From: Eledone cirrhosa
Taxonomy: Eukaryota
DNA length: 64,000 nucleotides
NCBI GenBank assembly: GCA_964016885.1
Contig: OZ024761.1
Location: 15,996,001-16,060,000 of the forward strand
Direction: 5' to 3'
Shown here: positions 44,602 to 57,480 of the stretch, piece by piece
How positions within the stretch are numbered: the stretch's first letter is position 1
Layout of the letters: each line of letters starts with the position of its first letter
Notes under the pieces: generated by a model
Database searches by the model: none
What the model was told of the DNA's origin: nothing
Seen by the model: only the letters and a program-made list of their open reading frames with translations
Translations under genes and position numbers: made by a program

Positions 44602-45283
44602 CTTTGTGGAAGACCAGACTCATGCGTGCTAGTCTTTGTGGAAGACCAGACTCATGCGTGCTAGACTTTGTGGAAGACCAGACTCATGCGTGCTAGTCTT
44701 TGTGGAAGACCAGACTCATGCGTGCTAGTCTTTGTGGAAGACCAGACTCATGCGTGCTAGTCTTTGTGGAAGACCAGACTCATGCGTGCTAGTCTTTGTG
44801 GAAGACCAGACTCATGCGTGCTAGTCTTTGTGGAAGACCAGACTCATGCGTGCTAGTCTTTGTGGAAGACCAGACTCATGCATGCTAGTCTTTGTGGAAG
44901 ACCAGACTCATGCGTGCTAGTCTTTGTGGAAGACCAGACTCATGCGTGCTAGTCTTTGTGGAAGACCAGACTCATGCGTGCTAGTCTTTGTGGAAGACCA
45001 GACTCATGCGTGCTAGTCTTTGTGGAAGACCAGACTCATGCGTGCTAGTCTTTGTGGAAGACCAGACTCATGCGTGCTAGTCTTTGTGGAAGACCAGACT
45101 CATGCGTGCTAGTCTTTGTGGAAGACCAGACTCATGCGTGCTAGTCTTTGTGGAAGACCAGACTCATGCGTGCTAGTCTTTGTGGAAGACCAGACTCATG
45201 CGTGCTAGTCTTTGTGGAAGACCAGACTCATGCGTACTAGTCTTTGTGGAAGACCAGACTCATGCGTGCTAGTCTTTGTGGAA
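44602..45283. repeat. Homogeneous 32-bp tandem repeat, about 21.3 copies (CTTTGTGGAAGACCAGACTCATGCGTGCTAGT)
   Basis: Exact 32-bp period (44602, 44634 ... 45242) with only about 3 substitutions; no spacers. Confidence 0.95.
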
Positions 45284-45289
45284 TTAAAT

Positions 45290-45960
45290 TAATAATAGAA
45301 TTATACCTACAGCAAAAGGGTTTAGCCCCAAAAGACATTTATGCTGACATGGTTGCCACATTAGGGGATGACACTCCAGCTTTATCAACAGTGCAAAAGT
45401 GGGTAGCTGAATTTAGGAGGGGAAGGGAGACCTTTGAAGATGACCCAAGGTCTGGACGTCCTCCAACTACCACCACCGAGGAAAACATTGATTGTGTTCC
45501 CCACATAGTGATGGATGACAGGTGATTGACTATAAATCAAATAGCCAATGCTATTAGCATATCCCATGAGAGTTGAGAATATTGTGCACAATGAACTTGG
45601 CATGATGAAAGTTTCTGCTCAGTGGGTGCCACGTCTTCTGACACCAGATCAAAATTACACCAGGCTGATCACATCATAGGGAAAATATGACATTGTTTGA
45701 GGCAGATCCAGCTGGTTTCCTTGAACATTTCCTAACCCAGGATGAGTGTTGAGTTCATCACTTTGAGCCAGGGACAAAGAGATAATCCATGCAGTGGAAA
45801 CATCTGTACTCACCTGTTCCAAAAGAAGGTCAAGGTCAATTGGCCTCAGATCTTTTGGATGCAAAAAATATTGTGTTTATTGCCAGTTTACTCAGTTCCG
45901 AAAGGCTATCAAGACCAAACACCCAGGAAAACTGACGAAAGGGATTTTGTTTCATCATAG
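45290..45960 (+). mobile_element. Degenerate mariner transposase
   Basis: KGLAPKDIYADMVATLG, FEDDPRSGRP, KVSAQWVPRLLT, FLTQDE and KHPGKLTKGILFH motifs with stops and frameshifts. Confidence 0.9.
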
Positions 45961-45964
45961 GCAT

Positions 45965-46313
45965 GGAGGCATCATAGCTTAGTGGTTAGAGCATTGGCCT
46001 TGCAAACGAAAGGTTGTGAGTTCAATTCTCAGACCGGGTGATGTGTTGTTTCCTTGAGCAAGACACTTTATTTCACATTGCTCCAGTTTACTCAGCTGTA
46101 GAAATGAGATGATAGGGACTGGGGTCCCTATCATTCCACTGTAAAGTGGTCGTGGAGGTGCCACTGCAAAAAAGCACCTAGCACTCACTGTAAAATGAGG
46201 TTGGTGTTAGGAAGGGCATCCAGCTGTAGAAATCAAGCCAGAATCAGTTCCCGTCCCACCCTTGCAAGCAGGGAAAAAGCGGACGTAAAATGAAATGATG
46301 AAATGATGATGAT
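45965..46313 (+). mobile_element. Full-length tRNA-derived CORE-SINE
   Basis: A and B boxes, CORE segment, RTE tail; truncates the mariner relic. Confidence 0.85.
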
Positions 46314-46469
46314 AGGCACATATACATACATATAGATGCATATATACATACACATACATACACATACATACATACACACATACATACATACACACACACA
46401 CATACATATATATATACACACATACATACATACATACATACATACATACATACTTAATGATATAACAGT

Positions 46470-46892
46470 GTAGTTGTTGCTGTTGTTATTGTTGTTATTG
46501 CTGCTGTTGCTACTGTTGTTGTAGCTTTTATTGCTGTTGTTGTTGTTATTGCTGTTGTTGTTGTTGTTGTTGCTTCTGCTGCCGTTGCTTCTGCTGTTGT
46601 TGCTGCTACAGTTGCTGCTGTTGTTGTTGTTGTTATTGTTGCTGTTGCTTCTGCTGCTGTTGTTGTTGTTGTTGCTTCTGCTGCTGCTGTTGTTGCTGCT
46701 GTTGTTGTTGTTGTTGCTGTTGCTTCTGCTGTTGTTGTTGTTGTTGTTGTTATTGTTGCTGTTGCTTCTGCTGCTGTTGTTGTTGTTGTTGTTGTTGTTG
46801 CTGTTGCTAATGGTGCTTCCCTTGTTGCTGTTGCTGTTGCTTCTGCTGCTGTTGTTGCTGTTGTTGTTGTTGTTATTGTTGCTGTTGCTTCT

Positions 46893-46924
<32 letters not shown>

Positions 46925-46982
46925 TGTTGCTGCTGTTGTTGTTGTTGCTGTTGTTGTTGTTGTTATTGTTGCTGTTGCTTCT

Positions 46983-47014
<32 letters not shown>

Positions 47015-47076
47015 TGCAGCTGCTGTGGTTGTTGTTGCTAATGGTGCTGCCCTTGTTGCTGTTGCTGATGGTGCTA

Positions 47077-47107
<31 letters not shown>

Positions 47108-47205
47108 TGCTGCTGTTGCTGCTGCTACTGCTACTATTGTTTTTCCTGCAGTTGCTGCTATTACTGCTGCTGTTGTTGCTGCTGTTGCTACTGCTGGTGC
47201 CGTTT
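46470..47205. repeat. Compound (TTG/CTG)n array
   Basis: Direct inspection. Confidence 0.9.
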
Positions 47206-47300
47206 TTCTAGAAGGAATTGACTTATTGCCGTACTACTTTTGTAAGCAACATGAGAGCGGAGAGATAAATAGATAGATAGATAAATAGAGAGAGTGAGAG

Positions 47301-47352
<52 letters not shown>

Positions 47353-47529
47353 CATTTATTTAATATCGTAAATATACTCCAAATACTTGTTGAGTGCTTT
47401 TATATCAGTTATAAATATTTACTCGTTGTTAACCCAACAATTTAAATAAAACTTTGCATATATATATATATATATATATATATTATGGAATACTGTTGGC
47501 TTCTTGCTACAATACTTTCTATACCTTTC

Positions 47530-47591
<62 letters not shown>

Positions 47592-47889
47592 GGGGAGAGA
47601 GATTGTGTGAGCGACGGGAAGAGATAGAGTGAAGGGGAGAAGGGAGAGATAAGTCTTGGAAGGCGATGGTAGGGGAGTCTGCAGCGTCAAGTAGTAAGTA
47701 CTTCAGTTATATACATGGTAGCACCAGTAGATGGATATAGATAGATAGATAGATTATGTATATATATATAGAGAGAGAGAGAACAAGAGGGGGGGGGGGA
47801 GAAAAATAGATAGATAGATAGAATAGACAGAGAGAATGAGAGACAGTGGGCGGGAGAGAAAGATAGTTAGACAGACAGATAGATAGATA

Positions 47890-48912
47890 TATTTCTTTAT
47901 TAGCCACAAGGGCGCACAAGAAAAGGGGACAATACAAAGACATGCCGGGGATTTTACATACAGTCGTGTAAAAAATATAAAAACAAACAATTACAACAAT
48001 CGAAATCCCCAATAGAGGGGGAGGCGCCACAAATGGGTTGTTTGATTCCCCGTCGATAGAACAACCCTCAACTCAAGGAGCGTGTTGTGCAAGTGCTCCT
48101 TTCTTCCTTTTGCTCTCTTCCTTAACCTACAGGCTTATAAACAGAGAAGGCCCAATCACTCGGGCCATTTTTGCTTCATTCACCCACCTTTCAGTAAATT
48201 TATTGGGGTGCAGTGCCTCTCTCTCCACCCTGATTCGACAGACAGACAGATAGATAGATAGATATGTTTCTTTATTAGCCACAGGGGCACAAAAGAAGGG
48301 GACAAATATAAAGGAGGAAGTTTACATACAATAAAAACGTGTAAAATGTTATCACAAATGCAATTTAAAAAATTAGTCGATTTTCCCCAATAGGGGGAGA
48401 CAGTTTATATGGGTAACACATACCCCCGAAAAAATGTGCAACCCTCATCTCCAGGAGTACGAAGAGTTTGTACTCCTTTCCTCTCCTCCTCCTTTTCCTC
48501 AACCTACAGGCTGATATAGAGAGAAGGACCATTCACTCGGGCCATTCTCGCCACTTTCACCCACCTTTCATAAAACTTGCTGGGGTACAGCACCTCTCTC
48601 TCCATCCTGATTCTTCTTCCAAGATAGATAGATAGAGATAGATAGATAGATAGATAGATAGATATATTTCTTTATTAGCCACAGGGGCACAAAAGAAGGG
48701 GACAAATACAAAGGGGGAAGTTTACATACAATAAAAACGTGTAAAATGTTATCACAGATGGAATTTAAAAGTTAGTCGATTTTCCCCAATAGAGGGAGAC
48801 AGTTTATATGGGTAACACAGACCCCCGAAAAAAATGTGCAACCCTCATCTCCAGGAGTACGAAGAGCTTGTACTCCTTTCCTCTCCTCCTCCTTTTCCTC
48901 AACCTACAGGCT
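47890..48912 (-). mobile_element. Three tandem 3' ends of an L1/Tx1-like LINE separated by (GATA)n
   Basis: Minus strand IRMEREVLYPSKFYERWVKVARM...* plus a 3' UTR ending GGCTAATAAAGAAA; copies at about 47890-48235, 48265-48620 and 48667-48912. Confidence 0.7.
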
Positions 48913-48913
48913 G

Positions 48914-48961
<48 letters not shown>

Positions 48962-48964
48962 CAG

Positions 48965-49009
<45 letters not shown>

Positions 49010-49267
49010 TAGATAGATGGAGAGAGGGGGGTTTACCACTGTCATCGTTTTTGCTTTTTCTTTTCGTACTAATAAACACCGATGAATGAATAAATGAATG
49101 GAAGATGTGAAGGAAGTGGCTGAGGGGGAAAGAGGTGGGGGAGAGATGATCGAAATTAGTATACGCGTGTGTGTGTATGTATGTCCGAAAAGGAGTGTGT
49201 AAATATAAGCATGACCGAAGACTCTCACTCTCTCTCTCTCTCTCTCAATATATATATATATATATAT

Positions 49268-49471
49268 ATAGGAACCAGTAAGACCCCGACAGCTGAGCTC
49301 AAGCCGTTTCGACGGCTAATTCTGGACTAAATTTAGTCCAGAATTAGCCGTCGAAATGGCTTGAGCTCAGCTGTCGGGGTCTTACTGGTTCCTATTACCC
49401 ACTCTACTACCTCAAGTATTGAGTACTTTGGTGCGTTATGGTCCACCTGGTTCCTTACCACATTTCCTTCG

Positions 49472-49472
<1 letters not shown>
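49268..49472 (+). mobile_element. Fold-back element (64-bp-arm palindrome 49268-49395 plus tail) in (TA)n
   Basis: No-loop palindrome centred on 49331/49332 with one mismatch; same family as 26431. Confidence 0.85.
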
Positions 49473-49513
<41 letters not shown>

Positions 49514-50110
49514 ATCTGTCTGTCTACCTATCTATCTACCTACCTATGGGCATGTATGTGTCTTTTACCGTAGTTCTGTGTTGACCTAAACCTCGTGGGT
49601 TAGCAAAAACAGTGTGAGGGACAAATGTCGCCGTCGGAAGGGCTGCAAAATGTAAGTTTAAAAGAGGCTAGCTTTGTCACTCAGTGTGACACTGTGTTAT
49701 GTTGAATATGTCGGAGAATTACATTAAAGACACTGGAATTACTGCGGAAACATATATAGCGACACCCCAAAGACTGGCTGCACCAGGGTGGGAGGTCTTG
49801 ATGATGATACACGTACATACCTGCGGAACACTCGAACACTTTCACTAATATAAGTCAATGAACAAGATAGTTCAGTTGATAAAACAACCGGTCTAGTGAT
49901 CGTCGAAAGCGACGGAGGATAGAATTACTCTTTTTTTTTTTTTTATTGGTACAGTTTGGGACGAAGTAAGACAGACGACGTAGAGACTGACTGACTGATA
50001 TTCTGGGGGAGGGGGGTAGAGAGAGAGAGATAAATAGATATAGAGAGATAGAAGAATGGTCGGAGGATGAGGAGAGGGAGAGAGAGAGAGAGAGATAGAA
50101 CGAGAGAAGC

Positions 50111-50143
<33 letters not shown>

Positions 50144-51851
50144 GGAGGAGAGATATAAATGCAGAAAGAGAGAGAGAGAGAGAGTCAGATAGATAGATAA
50201 ATAAAGATAGCAAAATAGAGACAAAGTCAGACAGATAGAAAGAGAAAGAGAGAGAGATGAGAGACGTAGTCGCAGATAGAGAGAGCGAGAGAGAGACAGA
50301 GACAGATACATAGAATAGAGAGACTGCGTTGTGAGTGTATATATTCATAAGGAGGGAAATAAGGTAGTAAGGTACAGTAAGATAGACAGACAGACAGACA
50401 GCATGAGAGCGAGAGAAAGAGTGAGAGTGTGAGTGTGTGTTGTGTATACACACAGAACGAGTAAGAATGACACAAGAGGAGGGTGGTGTCGTAGTTATTG
50501 TTATTGTTGGTATTCTTTTAACCCCCAGGTAGGCTCTGATCGAGTAATCCTATGATCAAAACATTCCAGCCATGACCATCTCGTCTTTTCCTTTACTTTT
50601 CTTTTTCAGGCACAGAATGGACGACTGGTGAAGGTCACGGGTGCTGCTCTTCTCCCTGTTTAAACCACGAAGGGTGTGGCTTGAGGGAGATTTAGCTGTT
50701 GTTTCTAGCAGATTAAGCAACCACGTAGAGGTTGTCTTGTTGATTCGTCTGCTGAAGTCGGTTACGGTGTTGTTGTAACCCCAGGTCAAACCTAAGCGAG
50801 CAGACCTATAATAAAAAATAATACAACCGTAACCATCCCGTTTATTTATTTATTTATTTTTTACTTTTATTTCATTTATTATTTATTATTTATTTTCTTC
50901 TGGTTTTCTAGAATTACATCATTAAAAAAAATATATATATTATTTAAGACTGTGCTGGTGTGATTGGATGAAAATTTGGTACTATTTCTAGCAGGTCGAG
51001 TGACTGTATAGAAGCCCTTCCGTTGTCTGGATCGTCTGCTGAGGCCTGCAACGTAAATAATTTTAATGCGGTGGTTTGTGGTAGAGATAAATATGTATAA
51101 TATATAGTTTACCTCAAACACAAGACCAGAAAGAGGTACAAGGTGTGTGTGTGTACGTGTGCGTAATGGACCTCCATTGGTTACGACGAGGAAATGTTCC
51201 AGTTGATGCGGCTTGATCGTGAAATTAGCGTGCAGCAAGTGACTGAACATTCCACAGACAGGCGTTCCATTAATGGAGTTCTCAGGGAGATTCGGTGTGA
51301 CTCGGGTGACCCTTTTTGAAATGGCGGTACAGTCCCTCTGGTATTATAGAGTAAGTGGCTCACGGTTCCACAGACACGTGTACCCTTAATGAGATTTAAC
51401 CTAAAACAATGTGTGGTAAGGCTGGGTTTTTTTAAATTTCATTCCAGTTGAGTGGACTGGGGCAACGTGAAATAAAGTGTCTTGCTACACAACGAACCAC
51501 TTGTAATGGAAGCCGACTCTAACCACTAAACCTTCGCATAAAAATATTTGAAGTAGTAAATCAAAGCATCTATATTCGTTAAAATTGCATTACTATAATT
51601 TTCTAAATTACTAACTGTAAATTCTATTTATTTCTCTATTTTATTTTTGTTTAGTAAAAAGAAAAGGCAAGGGGAGGCAACCCCGAAATTTTAATTAACA
51701 TAAATCAAATACGGAATGCTAGGTGTGAAGTGAGTCTGATTTTAAAAAGTGTGGTGACAACTCTAGGCATCTTCTATATTATTGGACCTCTTCAGCTAAA
51801 CATAGTCTAACCGAATGACTAGAAAAAAAGTTATATATATATTTTTTATGT

Positions 51852-52065
51852 ATGTAATAAACAACACAATACAATTATTCCATTTACTGAAGGTTTCACG
51901 AAGACAGGTGACCTCAACACAGGTGTCCTAAGTCGTTCATCAGAAAGGAAAATTTAAATTTAAATTTTCCTTTCTGATGAACGACTTCAGACACCTCTGT
52001 TGAGGGGGCCTGTCTTCGTGAAACCTGTGGTAAATGGAATAATTGTATTGTGTTGTTTATTACAT
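51852..52065. ncRNA. Palindrome (107-bp arms, centre 51958/51959) with head-to-head hammerheads (family D)
   Basis: Plus arm UUUUCCUUU-CUGAUGA-ACGA...UCGU-GAAA-CC ugu GG-UA-AAUGGAA; mirror on the minus strand; a tandem decayed copy at 52365-52438. Confidence 0.8.
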
Positions 52066-52129
52066 CATTAAATAGCTCTGTACTATACATAGAGCACTCG
52101 TTCTTCCTTTACCTTTTCTACAGAAATAC

Positions 52130-52164
<35 letters not shown>

Positions 52165-52649
52165 GTATATTAGGCTGAATGAGTTGGGACCCAGAACCCA
52201 ACGAAATTTGAGTACCTGTTTATGTCACTGTTGTAATTATTTCTATATATATATATATAAATATATATAAATTTTTTTTTTCATTATAAGATGTTCTTTT
52301 AACTCAGCCTCACTTTCATTTTTAATAGATATCATTTTCAAAATGTATATCCAAAACATAATTGGTTTATTTTGACGAACAAGCTAGATGTTTCTGCAAG
52401 AATCATCTAGTTTCTCGAAACCTTCGGTAATGAAATAATTATATTGTGTTGTCTATTATGTAATTAAATAGCTCTGTATTATACAGAGAGCACTCTTCTT
52501 TCCTTTCCCTTTTCTACGGAAATACTTAAAATATATATATATATATATTAAATACTTAATATATATATAAGAGAGTATTGAAGTTTGCTTGAAGCATTGT
52601 GGAATAATAAATAAATATCTTTAAGTTCTTCCAAACGACTTAAAGATAT

Positions 52650-52681
<32 letters not shown>

Positions 52682-52684
52682 TAA

Positions 52685-53003
52685 GGGTGATGTGTTGTTT
52701 CCTTGAGCAAGACACTTTATTTCACATTGCTCCAGTTTACTCAGATGTAGAAATGAGATGATAGGGACTGGGGTCCCTATCATTCCACTGCAAAGTGGTC
52801 GTGGAGGTGCCACGGCAAAAAAGCACCCAGCACACACTGTAAAGTGGTCGTGGAGGCGTCACGAAAAAAAAGCACTCAGCACTCACTGTAAATGAGGTTG
52901 GTGTTAGGAAGGGCATCCAGCTGTAGAAATCGAGCCTGAATCAGTTCCCGTCCCACCCTTGCAAGCAGGGAAAAGCGGACGTAAAATGATGAAATGATGA
53001 TGA
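52685..53003 (+). mobile_element. CORE-SINE, 5'-truncated, with internal duplication
   Basis: CORE segment, duplicated CACTGxAAAGTGGTCGTGGAGG block, RTE tail. Confidence 0.8.
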
Positions 53004-53229
53004 TATAAGTATATGTGTGTGTGTGTGTATATGTATCTAGGGATTGTAATGTCCAGTTACTGTAGGTTCACCAGAGTGAGCACTCGATGCGTGGTTTCCA
53101 GTAAGTATTATAGAGGTACAGTACTAAGCAGAGTGTAATAATTGTTTCTACTTTTGGCACAAGGCCAGCAATTAACCAGTGTATTACTGGTACTTTATTT
53201 TATCGACCCCGTAAGGATGAAAGGCAAAG

Positions 53230-53287
<58 letters not shown>

Positions 53288-53288
<1 letters not shown>

Positions 53289-53900
53289 TTTCGTTATTGG
53301 CCACAAGGGCTGACATCAAGAAACACATTACAGACGGCACAGGACGATACGATGTGGGTTTTGTGCATGTAAAGATTTTTATTATTTATATAAGAAACGA
53401 AAAAGAAAAAAAAGACATAGAAACACATATATATATATATATAAACGATAAAAATGAAAATTCAAACAATGAAAAATTCTCGAATAGGGGGGAAACCTCC
53501 GAGGGTTACTCGTGGCGAAAACCACACAAAAGACCACGGCCACCCTGACCACCGGGGCAAGCGCCCTCTCTCAATTTATCCATTCCTCAAACTACAAGCG
53601 TATATTCAGAGTGGTCCTGTTCACTCTGACCCTTTCTCGCTACATTCACCCACCTTTCAACAAACTTGCTAGAAGACAGCACTTGCCTCTCCACCCTGAT
53701 TTTCCTCTTCAAGTGAAACTTGAAAAAGTTAATCAGGGATTCGCCGAAGAGGAAAGTGTCTGTCTTTAACCCTTTCAACCTTGTCCACCACACAATCTCT
53801 TTCGCCATGGCCACCAGGCAGATGAAAACCGTGCCTGTAGAGCTTATCTCGAACCGGCAACGCTCCCCGGTAGCAGACGATTTCTTATGTCTGCATTACG
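53288..53900 (-). mobile_element. L1/Tx1-like LINE 3' fragment next to (AAT)n
   Basis: MAKEIVWWTRLKG...FFKFHLKRKIRVERQVLSSSKFVERWVNVAR; 3' UTR ending GTGGCCAATAACGAAA. Confidence 0.7.
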
Positions 53901-54185
53901 TTGATTGAGTAGTGACACGCGTTTCGCTATTGATCAGCTCAAGGTTCGATCTGTATTGATCTTCACCGACTCTGGAATCAAAGGCTCGTCGGACCTCTGA
54001 ATGGTTTGGCAGTATCGGTAGAGTGTCAGACAGCATGCTTTGCAGCACAGAGTTATGGCCCTTTGCGTTCTGGGTTCAAATCCCGCTACGGTCAACTCTG
54101 CCTTTCATCCTTACGGGGTCGATGAAATAAAGCACCTGTAATGCACTGGGTAATTGCTGGCCTTGTGCCCAAAGTAGAAACATTG

Positions 54186-54232
<47 letters not shown>

Positions 54233-54326
54233 AATACACAAATACACACACACATATATATATATATATATACATACACATGCATGTATATATATATATA
54301 TGTATATATATACACACACATGCATG

Positions 54327-54386
<60 letters not shown>

Positions 54387-54392
54387 TGCATG

Positions 54393-54442
<50 letters not shown>

Positions 54443-54603
54443 CACACACACATGCATGTATATATATATATATATACACAGTGTATATATATATATATAT
54501 ATACACAGTGTATATATATATATATATATATACACTGTGTATATATATATATATATGTATAAATATATATATACACACACATGCATGTATATATATATAT
54601 ATA

Positions 54604-54685
<82 letters not shown>

Positions 54686-54707
54686 CATATATATATACAC
54701 ACACACT

Positions 54708-54747
<40 letters not shown>

Positions 54748-54750
54748 TAT

Positions 54751-54847
<97 letters not shown>

Positions 54848-54861
54848 TATATTTATATATA

Positions 54862-54913
<52 letters not shown>

Positions 54914-55007
54914 GGTATTTCTTGAAAGACTGGGATTCCTGTCAAAAGAGAAGACAAGACGAGAAAGCACAACAACGAAAGCTAACAACTATTAGCTGCA
55001 CATTTTG

Positions 55008-56340
55008 AATGCTGCTACTGCTGCTGCTGTTGCTGTTGTTACACCATCAGTGCTGCTGCAGCTGTTGTTGCTACTGTTGCTGCTGTTACACCATCAGTGC
55101 TGCTACTGCTGCAGCTGTTGTTGCTGCTGCTGTTACACCATCAGTGCTACTGCTGCTGCTGTTACACCATCAGTGCTGCTACTGCTGCAGCTGTTGTTGC
55201 TGCTGCTGTTACACCATCAGTGCTACTGCTGCTGTTGCTACTGTTGCTGCTATTACACCATCAGTGCTGCTGTTGCTACTGCTGCAGCTGCAGTTACACC
55301 ATCAGTGCTACTGCTGCTGCTGTTGCTGCTGTTACACCATCAGTGCTACTGCTGCTGCTGTTGCTACTGTTACACCATCAGTGCTACTGCTGCTGTTGCT
55401 ACTGCTGCTGCTGTTACACCATCAGTGCTACTGCTGTTACACCATCAGTGCTACTGCTGCTGTTGCTACTGCTGCTGCAGTTACACCATCAGTGCTACTG
55501 CTGCTACTGCTGCTGCTGTTACACATCAGTGCTACTGCTGCTGCTGTTGCTACTGTTACACCATCAGTGCTGCTACTGCTGCAGCTGTTGTTGCTGCTGC
55601 AGTTACACCATCAGTGCTACTGCTGCTGCTGTTACACTAACAGTTACTGTTGCTGCTGTCATTACTATATCAGTGTTACTACTACTGCTGATGTTGCTGC
55701 TGTTACACCATCAGTTACTGTTGCTGCTGTCATTACTATATCAGTGTTACTACTACTGCTGATGCTGCTGTTACACCATCAGTGCTACTGCTGCTGCTGT
55801 TGCTACTGTTACACCATCAGTGCTGCTACTGCTGCAGCTGTTGTTGCTGCTGCAGTTACACCATCAGTGCTACTGCTGCTACTGCTGCTGCTGTTACACT
55901 AACAGTTACTGTTGCTGCTGTCATTACTATATCAGTGTTACTACTACTGCTGATGTTGCTGCTGTTACACCATCAGTTACTGTTGCTGCTGTCATTACTA
56001 TATCAGTGTTACTACTACTGCTGATGCTGCTGTTACACCATCAGTGCTACTGCTGCTGCTGTTGCTACTGTTACACCATCAGTGCTGCTACTGCTGCAGC
56101 TGTTGTTGCTGCTGCAGTTACACCATCAGTGCTACTGCTGCTACTGCTGCTGCTGTTACACTAACAGTTACTGTTGCTGCTGTCATTACTATATCAGTGT
56201 TACTACTACTGCTGATGTTGCTGCTGTTACACCATCAGTTACTGTTGCTGCTGTCATTACTATATCAGTGTTACTACTACTGCTGATGTTGCTGCTGTTA
56301 CACCATCAGTGCTACTGTTGTTGCTGTTGCTGCTGTCACT
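55008..56340. repeat. GTTACACCATCAGTGCT-(GCT)n minisatellite with a 262-bp higher-order period in its right half
   Basis: ORF starts recur 262 bp apart (55782/56044 and 55820/56082). Confidence 0.85.
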
Positions 56341-57440
56341 ATACCAGTAGTGCAGCTCCTACTGCTGCTGTTGCTGCTGTTGATAACCAGGGGAAGACGC
56401 CTGCACCTCTCCTTCTTCTTTTTCCTCCTCCTACTCCTCCTCATCATCATCATGGCCACTACTATGATCAACAACAGCATCCTCCCCCACTACTACTACC
56501 ACCACCACCACCATTCCCCATCATCACCACTAGCGCCACCACCATCGCACCACTACCACCACCACCACCACCATCACCACTAGCACCATCACCACCTCCC
56601 CCACTACCACTAGCACTACCACCAACACCACCATCACCATCTCCTCCACTACCACTACCACCACCTCCACCACCACTACCACCACCTCCACCTCCCCCAC
56701 TACCACTACCCCCCCTCACTACCACTTCCACCACCACCACGACTACCACCACCACCACCATCACCCCCCACTAGCACCACCTCCACCACTACCACCACCT
56801 CCCCCACTACCACTTCCACCCCCTCCACCACCACCACTACCTCCACCACCACCTCCCCCACTACCACTACCCCCCCTCACTACCACTTCCACCACCACCA
56901 CGACTACCCCCCCCCACACTAGCACCCCCCCACTACCACTTCCACCACCACCATCACCCCCCCCCCCCACTGCAATATATAAAAGCCTGGTGTGTGTAAA
57001 AATAGCAACAGATGTCATATCTCTCCTTTTCATATCCTTGCTACTTGTGTGGCTGACACTAAAACATTATATCAGAGAAGGGGGAGGTTGATGACGACGA
57101 TGATGATGTTGATGGTGGTGGTGGTGGTGGTGGTGTTTGTGGTGTTGGTGGCGACGGTGTGGTACTAGTGGTGGTGGTGTTGTTGTTTGTGGTGTTGGTG
57201 GCGATGGTGTGGTAATAGAGGTGGTGGTGGTGGTGGTGTTGTTTGTGGTGTTGGTGGCGAAGGTGTGGTACTAGTGGTGGTGGTGGTGGTGGTGGTGTTG
57301 TTTGTGGTGTTGGTGGCGATGGTGTGGTACTAGCGGTGGTGGTGGTGGTGGTGGTGGTGGTGGTGGTGGTTATGGAGGTGATAGTAGTAGTGGCGATGGT
57401 AGTGGTGGTGGTGGGGAGATGCAGTAATAAGTAGTAGTAA

Positions 57441-57480
<40 letters not shown>

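Noticed and set aside
44602-45283. CRISPR-like 32-bp repeat with dyad symmetry
   Set aside because: No spacers, no cas genes and a eukaryotic context
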